Assembly: GCA_040954595.2 (NCBI GenBank) | Contig: CM082581.2 | Coordinates: 1,976,699 to 2,040,698 of the forward strand | DNA from: Balanoglossus misakiensis | Lineage: Eukaryota; Animalia; Hemichordata | Length of the DNA stretch: 64,000 bases | Direction of reading: 5' to 3' | Shown: one piece after another, positions 47,701-61,735 of the stretch | Numbering within the stretch: the first letter of the stretch is position 1 | Layout of the letters: the number at the start of each line of letters is the position of its first letter | Notes under the pieces: model-generated | What the model was told of the DNA's origin: nothing | Database searches by the model: none | Seen by the model: the letters and a program-made list of their open reading frames with translations, nothing else | Made by a program: the position numbers and the translations under genes

Positions 47701-50700
47701 ACCAGTAGAGCTATAGGTTTGGTTTTTGTTGAACATGGACCAGTATAGGGTCAAAATTTCTTGCCCAAATTTTGCATGACCTCAGGTGACCTTTGACCTA
47801 CTTTACCGTATCTTGGCATCCAGAGCAGGTACAGGCTTGGCGTTTGGAGGGTTGGGACTAAAGTTGGAAAGCCAAATTGGGGGTCAGTTGTGACACCTGC
47901 CTACCTCATTAATTATGTGCATACCTAATTCCAGGCTAACCAATAGGGCTATAGGTTTGGTTTTTGTTGAACATGGACCAGTATAGGGTCAAAATTTCTT
48001 GCCCAAATTTTGCATGAACTCAGTTGACCTTTGACCTACTTTACCATATCTTGACATCCAGAGTAGATATGCTTATTGCTATGTTGCTATGTGCTATGTT
48101 GGCTTGGGCCCGCTATTGCTGCTTGCAGCTATATTTTCTTCTACTTCTTCTTGGGCACTTTTTTCGGCCAGGTAGATCTGAAAAACTGCTGAACCCACAA
48201 ATCTCAAATTTGGCACAATGGTGCAGGCCAATGAGAGCTGGTGCAGTACCCTCGTGAATGTTCAATAAGTCATGTGACCTGATGACCATATATGGGCAAA
48301 ATTTTCAAATCGGCCTTATTTGCATATGCACGGAGATATCAAAATTCTTTTAGCAACTTTTGTGTACCATGTGGTCAGGGTTCTACATGCCAAATGTCAA
48401 GGCCATAGGCCTTGTCAATTTTGAGAAGAAGATTTTTAAGTATTATTTTTCATATTTTTCGGCCAAGCCATCGGCCTATACTATACATAGTTAAGCTTTG
48501 ACCACATTTTATTTTGGATGAATATGCAGTCATATCTCAAAATATGTTGGGCCGATCAACTCCAAGTTTTGTGTGCAGGTAGCTTAGCATTTGCCAATAA
48601 TTTTAAGCGAAAAAAATTAATATGAAAAATCGACCGATTTTTTTATATTAATTTTTTTATGAAATTTATACCTTTACTTATACCTCTATGGTTAAGCTAT
48701 GTCCACGTCTTATTGTAGAATTCTGGTCTGTGCAATGTTCCTGTACACTGACTGTCTATTGGCCCGTGCGCAGAATGGGACCAAAATAAAAGGCAAAATT
48801 TTGGGCTCACCTGTAACACCTGCTTAAATCATTAATTATGCACATACCTCATTCCGGGCTAACTAATAGGGCTAGAGGTATTGTTCTTGTGTGACAAGGA
48901 CTAGTATGGGGTCAAAAATGTTTACCAAATTTTCGGTGACCTCAGGTGACCTTTGACCTACTTTCATATATCTCGGCATCCAGATCAGGTACAGACTTGG
49001 CGTTTGGAGGGTTGTGACTAAAATTGAAAAGCCAAAATGGGGATCACCTGTGACACCTGCATATCTCATTAATTATGTGCATACCTAATTCCAGGCTAAC
49101 CAGTAGAGCTATAGGTTTGGTTTTTGTTGAACATGGACCAGTATAGGGTCAAAATTTCTTGCCCAAATTTTGCATGACCTCAGGTGACCTTTGACCTACT
49201 TTACCATATCTTGGCATCCAGAGCAGGTACAGACTTGGCGTTTGGAGGGTTGGGATTAAAATTGAAAAGCCGAATTGGCGCTCACCTGTGTCACCTGCAT
49301 ATCTCATTAATTATGTGCATACCTAATTCCAGGCTAACCAATAGAGCTATAGGTTTGGTTTTTATTGAACATGGACCAGTATAGGGTCAAAATTTCTTGC
49401 CCAAATTTTGCATGACCTCAGGTGACCTTTGACCTACTTTACCAGATCTCGGCATCCATAGCAGGTACAGGCTTGGCGTTTGGAGGGTTGGGACTAAAAT
49501 TGGAAAGCCAAATTGGGGGTCAGTTGTGACACCTGCCTACCTCATTAATTATGTGCATACCTAATTCCAGGCTAACCAATAGGGCTATAGGTTTGGTTTT
49601 TGTTGAACATGGACCAGTATAGGGTCAAAATTTCTTGCCCAAATTTTGCATGAACTCAGTTGACCTTTGACCTACTTTACCATATCTTGACATCCAGAGT
49701 AGATATGCTTATTGCTATGTTGCTATGTGCTATGTTGGCTTGGGCCCGCTATTGCTGCTTGCAGCTATATTTACGGGCCCAAGCCAAGCCAGGCTTGGGC
49801 CCGTATTGGTTTCGTTGGAGTTTTTCTTTCTTTATTCTTATGTCAATCTTTGCTCTCCTAGATCTCTGAAACGGCTACAGGTACACTTCTCAAACTTGCT
49901 ACAGTGGTCAAGGTCAATGAGTAGATGTGCAGTGGCTTGTGAATATTTAATTAGTCACATGACCTGGCGGCCATATTGGATTTTCTGAAAATCTTTAAAT
50001 GGCTTCTTCTCAAAAACCACAGGGCCAATCAAGTTCAAATTTGGTGTATGGTACACATGTCATCTGCCCTTCAAAGTTTGACAATAAAATCCTGAGCGGT
50101 CACGTGACTTTGGCCGCCATATTGGATTTTCGAAAAAGTACAGTAAAATCTTCAAAAATCTTCTTCTCCAGAACCGGCAATAACCGAGTCATGGGATTTA
50201 GGGTATGACATCACCTAACTGATGTCTATCAAGTTTGCGAAGAGCGTTGTGATTGGTCGAAGATTATGGCGGCCATATTGGATTTTGTAAAAACCAGCGA
50301 AAATTAAGAAATCATTTTTCTAGTCTAAAAATAGATAGCATACAAATTCTTTTTATGGATATGAGTCGTGATATGACTAGAATATGTTGCAAATATTTTG
50401 GAAATTGTCACATGACCTTTGACCTACATTTTTAAGAACCTGCATATATGCATATATAGCTCATACTACGTGTTCTAAATGTACCAGAGTTCTGATTTTT
50501 GTGCACATTGGTATCATCCCTGCCAGGACCTACCCCAACTATTTTGGTAATTCTGGCAATGACCTTTGACCTACTTTTGACACATCATTTTTTTCTGCAT
50601 ATCTAATTACAGGCTAACCTATAGGGCTATGATTTTGGTTTTTGATGTATGTGGATTTGTATGTGATCAAAAAATTTCGCTACTTTTCATGACCCCTTTG

Positions 50701-53700
50701 ACCTCTGCTGACCTCATTAAATATTAGCATACCTAATTACAGATGAACCAATAGACCTAGAGGTTTGGTTTCTGTTGGACATGGACCAGTATTGGGTCAA
50801 AAATTTTTGCCCAAATTTTGGATGACCTCGGGTGACCTTTGACCTACTTAACACTATATCAGCACCAAACATAGATATAACCTTGATATTTCATGGGATA
50901 AAACACAGCATTATGTTTCTACTCATTAATTATGTGCATATCTAATAATCTGATCAGATAATAGAGCTTGGGCCCGGACAATGCTGCTTGCAGCTTTAAT
51001 TAGGGCCCAAGCCCAGCAGGCTTGGGCCCTATTGTTTTTACTGGAGTTTTTCTTCTTCTTCTTCTTCTTCTTCTTGTGCCGTTTTTTTCGTCAAGTAGAT
51101 CTTGAAATCGGCTGAACCTACAAATCTAAAACTTGGCACAATGGTGCAGGCCTATGAGAGCTTGAGCTGTACCCTTGTGAATGTTTAATTAGTCATGTGA
51201 CCTGATGACCATATATGGGCAAAATTTTCAAATCGGCCTTATTTGCATATGCATGAAGATATCAAAATTCTTTTAGCAACTTTTGTGGACCATGTGGTCA
51301 GGGTTCTACATGCCAAATGTCAAGGCCATTGGCCATGCCAATTTTGAGAAGAAGATTTTTAAGTATTATTTTTCATATTTTTCACCCAAGCCATGGGCCT
51401 ATACTTTCCATAGTAAAGCTATGACCACATACTATTTTGGATAAATATGCATACATATCTCAAAATCTGTCAGGCCAATCATCTCCAACTTTGGTGTGCA
51501 GCTAGCCTAGCATTTGTCAATAATTTTAAGCGGAAAAAAATAATATGAAAAATCGACTGATTTTTTTATATTAATTACGGGCCCAAGCCAAGCCAGGCTT
51601 GGGCCCGTATTGGTTTCGCTGGGGTTTTTCTGTCTTTCTTTCTTTCTTTCTTTCTTTATTCTTGGTTCCATTCTTTATCGCTCTAGATCTCAAACACCGC
51701 TGCAGGTACAGTTCTCAAACTTGCTACAGTGGTCAAGGTCAATGAGTAGATGTGCAGTGACTTGTGAATACTTAATTAGTCACGTGACATGGCGGCCATC
51801 TTGGATTTTCTGAAAAAATGCAAATCTCAAATCTCAGAAACTACAAGTCAGATCGACTTCAAATTTGGCATGCTGGTAGACTACCTTCTGTCCATCATTT
51901 TTGTAATTGGAATTTATGCTGACAAAGTTGCCGTTTTTTTGCTACAATTTTTTTTCTGAAATCTGGCCTAAATTTAAAAAATCTTCTTCTCCAGAACCGG
52001 TGATAACCGAGACACGGGGTTTGGGGTATGTGGTCACCTAACTGATGTCTATCAAGTTTGCGAAGATCATAGTGATTGGTCCAAGATTATGGCGGCCATA
52101 TTGGATTTTCGAAAAACCCTAGTAAAATTTGAAAAATCTTCTACTCAAGAACCGGCGATAACCGAGTCACAAGATTTGGTGTGTGTGGTCATTAAACAGA
52201 TGTCTATCAAGTTTGCGAAGATGAATGTGATTGGTCGAAGATTATGGCGGCCATATTGGATTTTGTGAAAAACGATTAAAAAGTAAAAATTCCCTTTCTA
52301 GCCTAATAATTGATAGCACAGAAATTCTTTTTATGGATATGAATCATCATATGACAAGAATAAGCTATAAATATTTTGGTAATTTTGGCAATGACCTTTG
52401 ACCTACTTTTGACGCATCATTTTTCTGCATATCTAATTCCAGGCTAACCAATAGGGCTATAAGTTTGGTTTTTGATGTATGTGGATTTGTATGTGATCAA
52501 AAAAGTTTGCTACTTCTCATGACCCCTTTGACCTCTGCTGACCTCATTAAATATGCACATACCTAATTAATGATGAACCAATAGACCTTGAGGTTTTGTT
52601 TTTGTTATACATGAACCAGTATGGGGTCAAAATATTTTGCCCAAATGTTGGGTGACCTTGGGTGACCTTTGACCTACTTTTGCATATCTCGACATCCACA
52701 GCAGATACAGCCATGGCGTTTGGAGGTATGGGGCCATAATGAAAAGCCAAAGTTTTGGGTCACCTGTGACACCTGCTTAACTCATTATTTATGTGCATAC
52801 CTAATTCCAGGCTAACCAAAAGGGCTAGAGGTCTGGTTTTTGTTGGACATGGACCATTATGGGTCAAAATTTTCTGCCCAAATTGTGGGTGACCCCTGGG
52901 AGACCTTTGACCTACTTTACACTATATCAACACCAAACATAGATATAACCTTGATATTTCATGGGATAAAACAGAGCATTATGTTTCTACTCATTAATTA
53001 TGTGCATATCTACTATCAGATCAGATAATAGAGCTTGGGCCCGGACAATGCTGCTTGCAGCTTTAATTTTTTTATTAAATTTATACCTTTACTTATACCT
53101 CTATGGTTAAGCTATGTCCATGTCTTATTGTGGAATTCTGGTCTGTGCAATAGTCCTGTACAGTGACTGTCTATTGGTCAGTGAGCACAATGGCACCAAA
53201 ATAAAAGGCACAATTTTAGGCTCACCTGTAACACCTGCTTAACTCATTAATTATGTGCATACCTAATTCTGGGCTAACTAAGAGGGCTAGAGGTTTCGTT
53301 CTTGTGGGACATGGACCAGTATAGGGTCAAAATTTCTTGCCCAAATTTTGGGTGACCTCAGGTGACCTCTGACCTACTTTCCTATATCTCGGCATCCAGA
53401 GCAGGTACAGACTTGGCGTTTGGAGGGTTGGGACTAAAATTGAAAAGCCAAATTGGGGGGTCACCTGTGACACCTGCATATCTCATTAATTATGTGCATA
53501 CCTAATTCCAGGCTAACCAATAGTGCTATAGGTTTGGTTTTTGTTGAACATGGACCAGTATAGGGTCAAAATTTCTTGCCCAAATTTTGTATGACCTCAG
53601 GTGACCTTTGACCTACTTTACCATATCTTGGCATCCAGAGCAGGTACAGACTAGGCGTTTGGAGGGTTGGGACTAAAATTGAAAAGGCAACACTGGGGGT

Positions 53701-55544
53701 CACCTGTGACACCTGCCTACCTCATGAATTATGTGCATACCTAATTCCAGGCTAACCGATAGGGTTATAGCTTTGGTTTTTGTTGAACATGGACCAGTAT
53801 AGGGTCAAAATTTCTTTGCATGAACTCAGGTGACCTTTGACCTACTTTACCATATCTTGGCATCCAGAGCAGATATGCTTATTGCTATGTTGCACTTGCT
53901 ATGTGCTATGTTCGCTTGGGCCCGCTATTGCTGCTTGCAGCTATATTTATTATTATTCTTCTTCTTCCGAGAAATTCGGCCAGGTAGATCTGGAAAACCG
54001 CAGCACCTAGGGGGCTGAAACTTGGTAGGGTGATAGGGGCCAATGAGTAGACGTGCAGTGGCTCGTGAATATTTAATTAGTCACGTGACCTGGCGGCCAT
54101 ATTGGATTTCCTGAAAATCGTTAAATGAGTCCTTCTCAAAAACTACTGGGCCGATCGAGTTCAAATTTGGTGTGCAGGTAGCCTACCTTCTGTCCATCAT
54201 TTTACCCAATTAAAATCATGACGTCACACATACAGTTTTTTTGCTACAATTGTTTTTCTGAAAAACTACTTAAAACTTTAAAAATCTTCTTCTCCAGAAC
54301 CAGCGATTGCCGAGTCACGGGATTCGGGGTATGTGGTCACCTAACCTATGTCTATCAAGTTTGCGAAGCGCACTGTGATTGGTCGATCATTATGGCGGCC
54401 ATGTTGGATTTTCGGAAAACCATTGAAAAATGAAAATTCCGTTTTGTAGCCAAAATGTTGACAGCACGGAAATTCTTTTTTTGGATATGAGTCATCATAT
54501 GACCGGAAGTTGTCACAATTTTTCGGGGCAATTTTCACATGACCTTTGACCCAGTTTTAAAACAACTAATTATATATGCATATTCCCCATACCTCCTCTT
54601 GTCAAAGCACCACAGTCATGAATTTTGTGGACATGGGTACCAATGCTGCCAGGACATGACACAAATATTTTGGTAATTTTGGCTATGACCCTTGACCTAT
54701 TTCTGAAACATCATTTTTCTGCATATCTAATTCCAGGCTAACCAATAGGGCTAGAGGTCTGGTTTTAGTTGGACATGGCCCACTCTGGGGTCAACATTTT
54801 ATGCCCAAATTTTGGGTGACCTTGGATGACCTTTGATCTACTTTCCCATGGCAATGACCCTTGACCTATTTCTGAAACATCATTTTTCTGCATATCTAAT
54901 TCCAGGCTAACCAATAGGGCTAGAGGTCTGGTTTTAGTTGGACATGGCCCACTCTGGGGTCAAAATTTTATGCCCAAATTTTGGGTGACCTTGGATGACC
55001 TTTGATCTACTTTCCCATATCTCAGCACCCACAGCAGTTAGAGTCCTGGCTTTTGGGGGGCCGATGGAGCACATATGGAGTCTTACACAATACCTCATTA
55101 ATTATGTGGATACCTAATTGCGGGCGAACCAATAGGGCTAGGGGTCTGGTTTTTTGTTGGTTCTAGACTAGTATGGGGTCCAATATTTTTGCCCAAATTT
55201 GGGGTGACCTCAGGTGACCTATGATCTACTTTCCCATATCTCAGCATCCAGAGCAGTTAGAGCCCTGGCTTTTATGGGGATTGAGCACATAATGGAGTCT
55301 TACACAATACCTCATTAATTATGCGCATACCTAATTGCAGGCGAACCAATAGGGCTAGGGGTCTGGTTTTTGTTGGATCTAGACTAGTATGGGGTCCGAT
55401 TTTTTTGCCCAAATTTGAGGTGACCTCAGGTGACCTTTGACCTACTTTCCCATATCTTGGTATCCACAGCAGATACAGCCTTGGCATTTGCTTGTTACCA
55501 TGGGAACCGCTTGTGCCCCGCCAACGCTGCTTGCAGCTTTAATT
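44598..55544 (+). mobile_element. Nest of seven related Helentron/HINE (DINE-1)-like non-autonomous elements: E1 44598-44660 + 53949-55544; E2 44661-46395; E3 46399-46447 + 48137-49772; E4 46448-48136; E5 49773-51001; E6 51002-51576 + 53069-53948; E7 51577-53068
   Basis: Each has a 5' hairpin (GGGCCCAAGC..GCTTGGGCCC or GGGCACAAGC..), a CTT/CTTT microsatellite, central repeats, a 3' subterminal IR and a GCTGCTTGCAGC hairpin ending in TT. No clear TSD. The flanks rejoin into the MITE seen at 21580-21630. Confidence 0.75.
47160..48065 (+). repeat. 238-bp tandem repeats inside the HINE-like elements (also ~48800-49700, ~53215-53870, ~45620-46250)
   Basis: CCTCAGGTGACCTTTGACCTAC at 47304, 47542 and 47780. 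Confidence 0.9.
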
Positions 55545-58500
55545 ACTCTTATATCCTTTAAACGGGCATAATTTTGAATGATAAAGCGAAACTGATTCAA
55601 ATTTTAAAATCAAGATGGCCACCATTCAATGTGTATTGAGAAAATTTGAAGTATTTTTATTTTTGAGAAAGCAAATTTTTTTCTGTTTTCAAAGTGACTC
55701 TTCCCACATTTTAATACTAAAAATATAAAGATATGTCGACCACCTAAATAGCATGTCTGCAAAATGTGAATGGTGATGTCTGTATTAGTTTATAATTCAA
55801 AATTAAGAAAATAGTTTCTCAATCCTAATATGAATGATCTTGAAGTGACAACTTGTGTACATAGAAAAAAGATGTTGAGAGTGTGTTCAATGTAATTGAA
55901 AGCAAGAAGTGTATGACAACCTCTCTTAAATTGCATATTCTTGGTTAGTCATTTGCTTTTGGGAAATAGTACACATCAAAACTGAAGTCCAGAACATTAC
56001 ACAAAATCATTTTGAACATGTTCTTAACAAGTGTTTCAGATTTCTGCTTAAACCTATTGGAATTATTGTTAGTGCAATTTGAAACAAACTAACTCTTTAC
56101 AAACTAATTTGGCTTTACAAATCAGAGACATTGTATACTGACAGGATATGTATGTTTCAGCTTTTTTGGCTCAAAATGAACATCTGCAAAACATAGAGTG
56201 AATTTCCTAAATCTGTCAACAAACAAAAGTAATGTTTCTACTGAAGATATTGATGATCAGGATTAAAAATATTACTGTACAGCTTTTTGGTGAAAACAAT
56301 AATTTGAATAAAAAATGTTGCAACAAATCACAAAAATCACTAGAATTTTTAAAAAATCAACTTTATTTTGCTATAATGGTCATTGATGTCATTAGCTGCA
56401 GTTTGTAAACTCAACATGACAATTTCTTAGTTGTCACTTTCTCATAATTGTAATTGACTCACTTTATTTGCATGTGTCTCCATCCTGTGAAGCTGACATG
56501 ACATCATGTTCCTTAGAGTGATTTAATTTGTAATTAACCATTACATACACTTCAAATAGGTCAGTATCTGCAGGATGGTCTTGTACTGTATTTGGGTAAT
56601 TCACTTTCTGTTATCTCATGCTAGATCTATGTCACAGATTCCATTCATTTATCTTTAGTTGTGTCACCTGTTGGTAGCTGTTTCTGCAATCACCATCTCC
56701 TCGTTGTACAGCCTGGTTATTGAGAAGACAGTAATGGTGGAGGGTGGTTTGGTGTATTGGCTTTGATTTCTCTGCAGGGCTTATAACAGTATGTACGGAA
56801 CCTTTTCCTTGCACACACACATTACGTTACTCAGTTAAATTTCTCAGACATTGCAACAAGTTCCATGGAAATACTGCCATCGTTTGCCATACTAATCAGA
56901 AATTGATATACTGACGTCACAATGGTCTGCTTCAGAGATGTTGATGTCATCATCTTAAGATGTAAGATGTAGATTAGCCATGTCACCTTCAACATCATGA
57001 TGATCAGCTGACACACCAAGTTTTCGGAACATCTCATGTATTTCTTCTCTGGCAGCGTAGACATCACAACTTTCTTGCTCAAAAAATTTAACCAGGTTGG
57101 AAAAATTGCTCTTACAGAATTTCTTATCTGCAGTTGGCTGTTGGCCTGCACGTTGTTGTCCTCCACAGCCCTTGGACCAAACAGATAAAGCATGTTGTGT
57201 TGGGGATTGAATCAATGCACTGTATTGCCATGAATCCACCTCCATGCGAGGGATCCCCATCAAGTCTGCCATAGCCCTGTAGTCATTGCCGGATAAACGG
57301 ATGATATCCATGATATTAGAAAATATCTTGAGGGCATCCTTCAGCATCCACTTGACATCACTTTCATATCCAGTGTGTCAGAGGATGGTTGTATCATACC
57401 CATCACAAAGAAAGTCAGTAGCTGCTTCTGAAATCACCATCTCCTCGTTGTACACCTTCTCATTCCTCTCTTCTGCTTCCCGAATTTGCTTCAATGTATA
57501 GAATGTGACATCTTCAGGGTTGCGATGGATTCGAAGAGAATCTGAACTCAACACGTGGATGTCAAGTCTTGTACCAGGACAGCAGATCTCTAACACTTCA
57601 TAGACAATATCAGTTATTGTCTCTAATAATTTGTAGCATTCGCCGATTTCCTCTTCTTTCTCTGCTCTAACACAAACATGGATAGCTCTCCAACCTTTTG
57701 TCATATACACCAAGCCTTCTGCATTGTGACACACTTTGATGCCATTTTTCCATATACCACTTGTCCGTCGGTTGATCTTTCGGAAATGGCGTTCTATTCG
57801 AGCGTTAAGTCGGGGGGAAAATCCTGGCGAGAAACTATCAGCATCATCTCTGCATTGGAACCGTCTACCATAGTAAATCTTCTTAGTAGCATCCTGTTTC
57901 CACTGATTTGCAGGCATATCTGTGTCCAACAACTCAGGTATTACATACCCAGTTACAGTATTGGATTCAGAAATGACCTCGTAGAGAAGGTCAAACTCTT
58001 TGAGAAGATTTATCAGCAAATCAATATCTGCCAGACCATGGAAAACTTCCTCAATTTCGCTTCTCATATGTAAGGACTTCCGCGGCAAGCGGTTTGCAAA
58101 CTGCTCAAATATTTCAGGAGCCAGCATGGGACCGAATATTCTAGAACATAACCATTGGGGATCAAGAACAATGACGTCATCTGAATCTGGTAGGGTACTC
58201 TCGATTTGGAACATCTGTGAATAAACAATGGGGAAAAATACTTATGTTTTGAGACATTTATTCAAATGAAATTGTGCATATATCTTAGTGACACACATAC
58301 CAGTATGTAGATGTGTGCATGGCTGATCATACATAGGGAAACCGCGAAACCCAGTCCAAGTCTAGCCTTGCCTGGCCAAACCATCTCGGCTATAGTGATC
58401 GAAAAAAAAACTCATCAACGCCACAATATTGCCACTGGTGATTTAGGAACAATGTCAGGGCTATACCCACACTAGTGACACACATGGACCACAAAAACAC

Positions 58501-58620
58501 GTTTATAGCAGAGGGCCTTTTCTGGTTTTTTTTTCTCAGTCTTGAATCCCTGTCTAGATCCTCAGCAAAAGGCTCTGTCAAGCCTTTCACCCCCAGATCC
58601 CTCTTAAGAGAACCCAGCCT

Positions 58621-58914
58621 GTGATTGGAACTGCGCTGAGTACTACAGCTGGCCTTCAAGGCGCAAGACCGCGGCGTGTATGTACACTTTTCGTGTCCCG
58701 GCTGAATCCAGCAACAACATGTGAAAATGTTGAGCGCTATGCTGCGGACAAATTTGATGTAGGTGTGAACTGTACAAAACTGAAAACAAAGTATGATATG
58801 TATGCTTCTTTTATGGTTGAATTATCTGATGTAGACATTAGAGTTGCCCTTGATCCTGTAAATTGGCCTCAGGATACTCTTGTAAGAAAATACTATAAAT
58901 CTCAGACGCCATGA
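58621..58914 (+). pseudogene. LINE ORF1 C-terminal fragment (RRM-like)
   Basis: LFVSRLNP..KLKTKYDMYASFMV..WPQDTLVRKYY, typical of CR1/L2-group ORF1. Confidence 0.75.
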
Positions 58915-61735
58915 CAAAACGCAAAAATAGTTTACGGATTGTGTCATTTAACTGTCGCTCTGTGAAATCAAGCTTTCATTCTGTGTATGAATTGTGTGAA
59001 ACCCATGATATTTGTCTTTTACAAGAACACTGGCTTGCTAAGGAAGAGCTGTCAATTTTACATGACATACATCTGGATTTTATGTCATTCGGAGTATCTG
59101 CTTTTGATTCGTCTGAACTCCGTATTGGTAGACCGTACGGGGGGGTTGCAATTCTTTGGCGTAGATCGCTTGGCAAACTTGCCAGTATTGTTGAGTTTGC
59201 TGATAGTCGCTTGCTTGGTTTAGTTTTAGAAAATGATACTGACAAACTTGTTATTGTAAACTGTTATTTGCCCACCAATACTAATGATAATTTTGAAGTG
59301 TTCAGTGAGTACTTGGCGAAAATCAATTCCATTGTTTCTGATATTAACACTGGGAATGTCTTTTTTATTGGTGACTGGAATGCTGATGTAACTACTGATA
59401 CAGGCTTTGGCCGTGAGTTGATGGAGCATTGTGAGCAATTTGGTTACATCGTTTCTGATGTTGAGCTGCTAGGCAGGGATTCTGGTACGTTTACTTAGAT
59501 TAGCGATGCTCATGGCAGTACTTCATGGATTGACCACTGTGTTACCACTGAAGTTCCTCATAGCAATGTTCTTTCAATTTCGAGCCTTTGCAATGTTGTT
59601 GACTCCGACCATATTCCTGTTTCAATAGAGGTTCATTTCAACACTTCTGCTGATGAAAGCTTCAGCAGTAGTTCCTTCAAGCAATGTAATTTTCGAGTTG
59701 ATTGGAGAAAATTGTCACAGCAGAATATATCCGCCTACACCCTTGTACCAAAGCCAAGATTGATAAGATTAATTTATCCGAACAGTTATTCTGCACTAAT
59801 GTGAACTGTACAGACCCTTCGCATTTACAGGCAATTGATACTTGTTATAGTAGTATTGTGGACGCATTGAATTGTGCTGCAAAAGATACCATTAGGCGTA
59901 AGTTTCACCAGAAAGTTCATGTTGTACCTGGCTGGAACGATTTTGTAAAAGAAAGTCACGACTATGCCCGTTCCATGTTTTTATTATGGGTTAATGGGGG
60001 TAAACCTAAACAAGGCCCGCTTTTTGAAACCATGAAATCTTTCAGAGCTCGTTTTAAGTATGCTTTACGTGCTTGTAAAAAGATTGAGAATCAAAATAGG
60101 GCTGACAAGATGGCTGACAATTTATGCTGCCACAAACAGAACGACTTCTGGAAGGAAGTCAGAAAGCAAACTAGCAGAAAAACGCCACTTTCTGACACTG
60201 TAGGTGGAGCGACTGGTGAGAGTGAAATTGCAATTATGTGGCACAAGCATTTCAGTGATATTTTGAATTCTGTCCAGGCTCAGACTGGTAAAAATGACAT
60301 CGAGGAGAAAATGAAGTATGTTAACTTTTCTTCTGATATGTATGTTTCTGAAGACGAAGTAATTTCTGCTATACATAAGTTACCTGACGACAAGACAGCT
60401 GGCATTGACAATATTTCAGCTGAGCACCTCAAATTCTCAGACTCCTCTATTTTACCCATTTTTACTTGTTGTATTAATGCTTTGATTGTTCATGGTTACC
60501 TGCCAACTGAGGCTATCAAAGTTATTTTAGTTCCAATTATTAAGGATAAAACTAAGCTTTGTAGTGATGCCAGTAACTACCGGCCGATAGCACTAGCAAC
60601 TGTTTTCTCTTAAGTTTTTGAGCATATTTTACTTTCTCGTTGTGAGGAGTTTCTTACCTCTCATTATTTACAATTTGGTTTCAAGCGAGAACATTCAACT
60701 GACCTGTGTTTATTTGCATTTAAAGAAATCATTAGCTACTACACCAGCAATGGAGGACCAGTGTTTACTTGTTTTCTGGATGCTTCAAAAGCTTTTGACA
60801 GAGTTAATCACTTTAAACTGGTTAACAAGCTCATCGACAGGAATGTTCCCTTGTATGCTGTTCGAATTTTATATTACTGGTACAGAAATCAATTGTTTAC
60901 TGTGTTGTGGGGTAATGAAACCTCAGAGTTGTTTTCTGTTTCTAACGGTGTAAGACAAGGGGGAGTACTCTCTCCCTATCTTTTTAATGTCTACATTGAT
61001 GATCTTATCAATGCACTCTGTAAAGCCAAAGTTGGCTGTACCATGTGTGGTGTCAGCGCTAACACTTCAGGTTACGCTGACGACATGACTCTACTCAGTC
61101 CAAGTGTTAAGGGTCTACGCCGTCTTCTTAGAATTTGTGAAATTTATGGCAAGGATTATGATATCATTTATAATTCTAGTAAAACTGTGTGCATGCTTTT
61201 TAATGGGAAGAATATGAGCGTTCAAAGAATTCCTTCGGTTAAACTTAATGACATCACTTTGAAGTTTGTACCTGAACACACCTATCTGGGCCATGTAATA
61301 TCTTGTGATGGTTGTGATAATGAAGATATTGAACGACAGAGAAGAGCATTTTGCGTTAGAGCAAACATGCTATTGAGACATTTTCAACATTGTAGTCAAG
61401 ATGTGAAGAAAGTTTTATTTTTGGCATATTGTAGTAATATTTACTGTTGCAGTTTGTGGGCATCCTTTAAAGTTAAACCGATGAAAAAATTTAAAACTAT
61501 GTACAATAATGTTTGGAGAAGACTTCTCGGTCTTCCGCCATTTTGCAGTGCATCGGGTATGTTTGCTACAAACCATGTATTGTCACTTGGTGAAGTTTTT
61601 AGACGCAATATGTACAGTTTTAAGTGTAGACTCGAAAATTCTTCTAATGTTTTACTTGATGCGATCTGTTCATCAGATAGAGCGACTGACAGCATATTTT
61701 TCAAACATTGGCGAAAGCAATTGTATATCATGTAA
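58911..61735 (+). pseudogene. LINE ORF2 (AP endonuclease + reverse transcriptase), disrupted
   Basis: SFNCRS, LQEHWL, GGVAILW, GDWNAD, WIDHC, SDHIPV; NYRPIAL, FLDASKAFDRV, GVRQGGVLSP, YADD, YLG. Stops at 59496 and 60611, frameshift near 59700. Confidence 0.92.

Noticed and set aside
44460-55487. Recurrent short ORFs (MTFDLL.., RAQAKPGLGP..) in the repeat nest
   Set aside because: Artefacts of non-coding repeats; no domain signature.
57378-57383. Programmed read-through or selenocysteine at TGA-C between COR and the death domain
   Set aside because: The upstream exon also has a frameshift, so simple pseudogenisation is more parsimonious; no SECIS could be supported.
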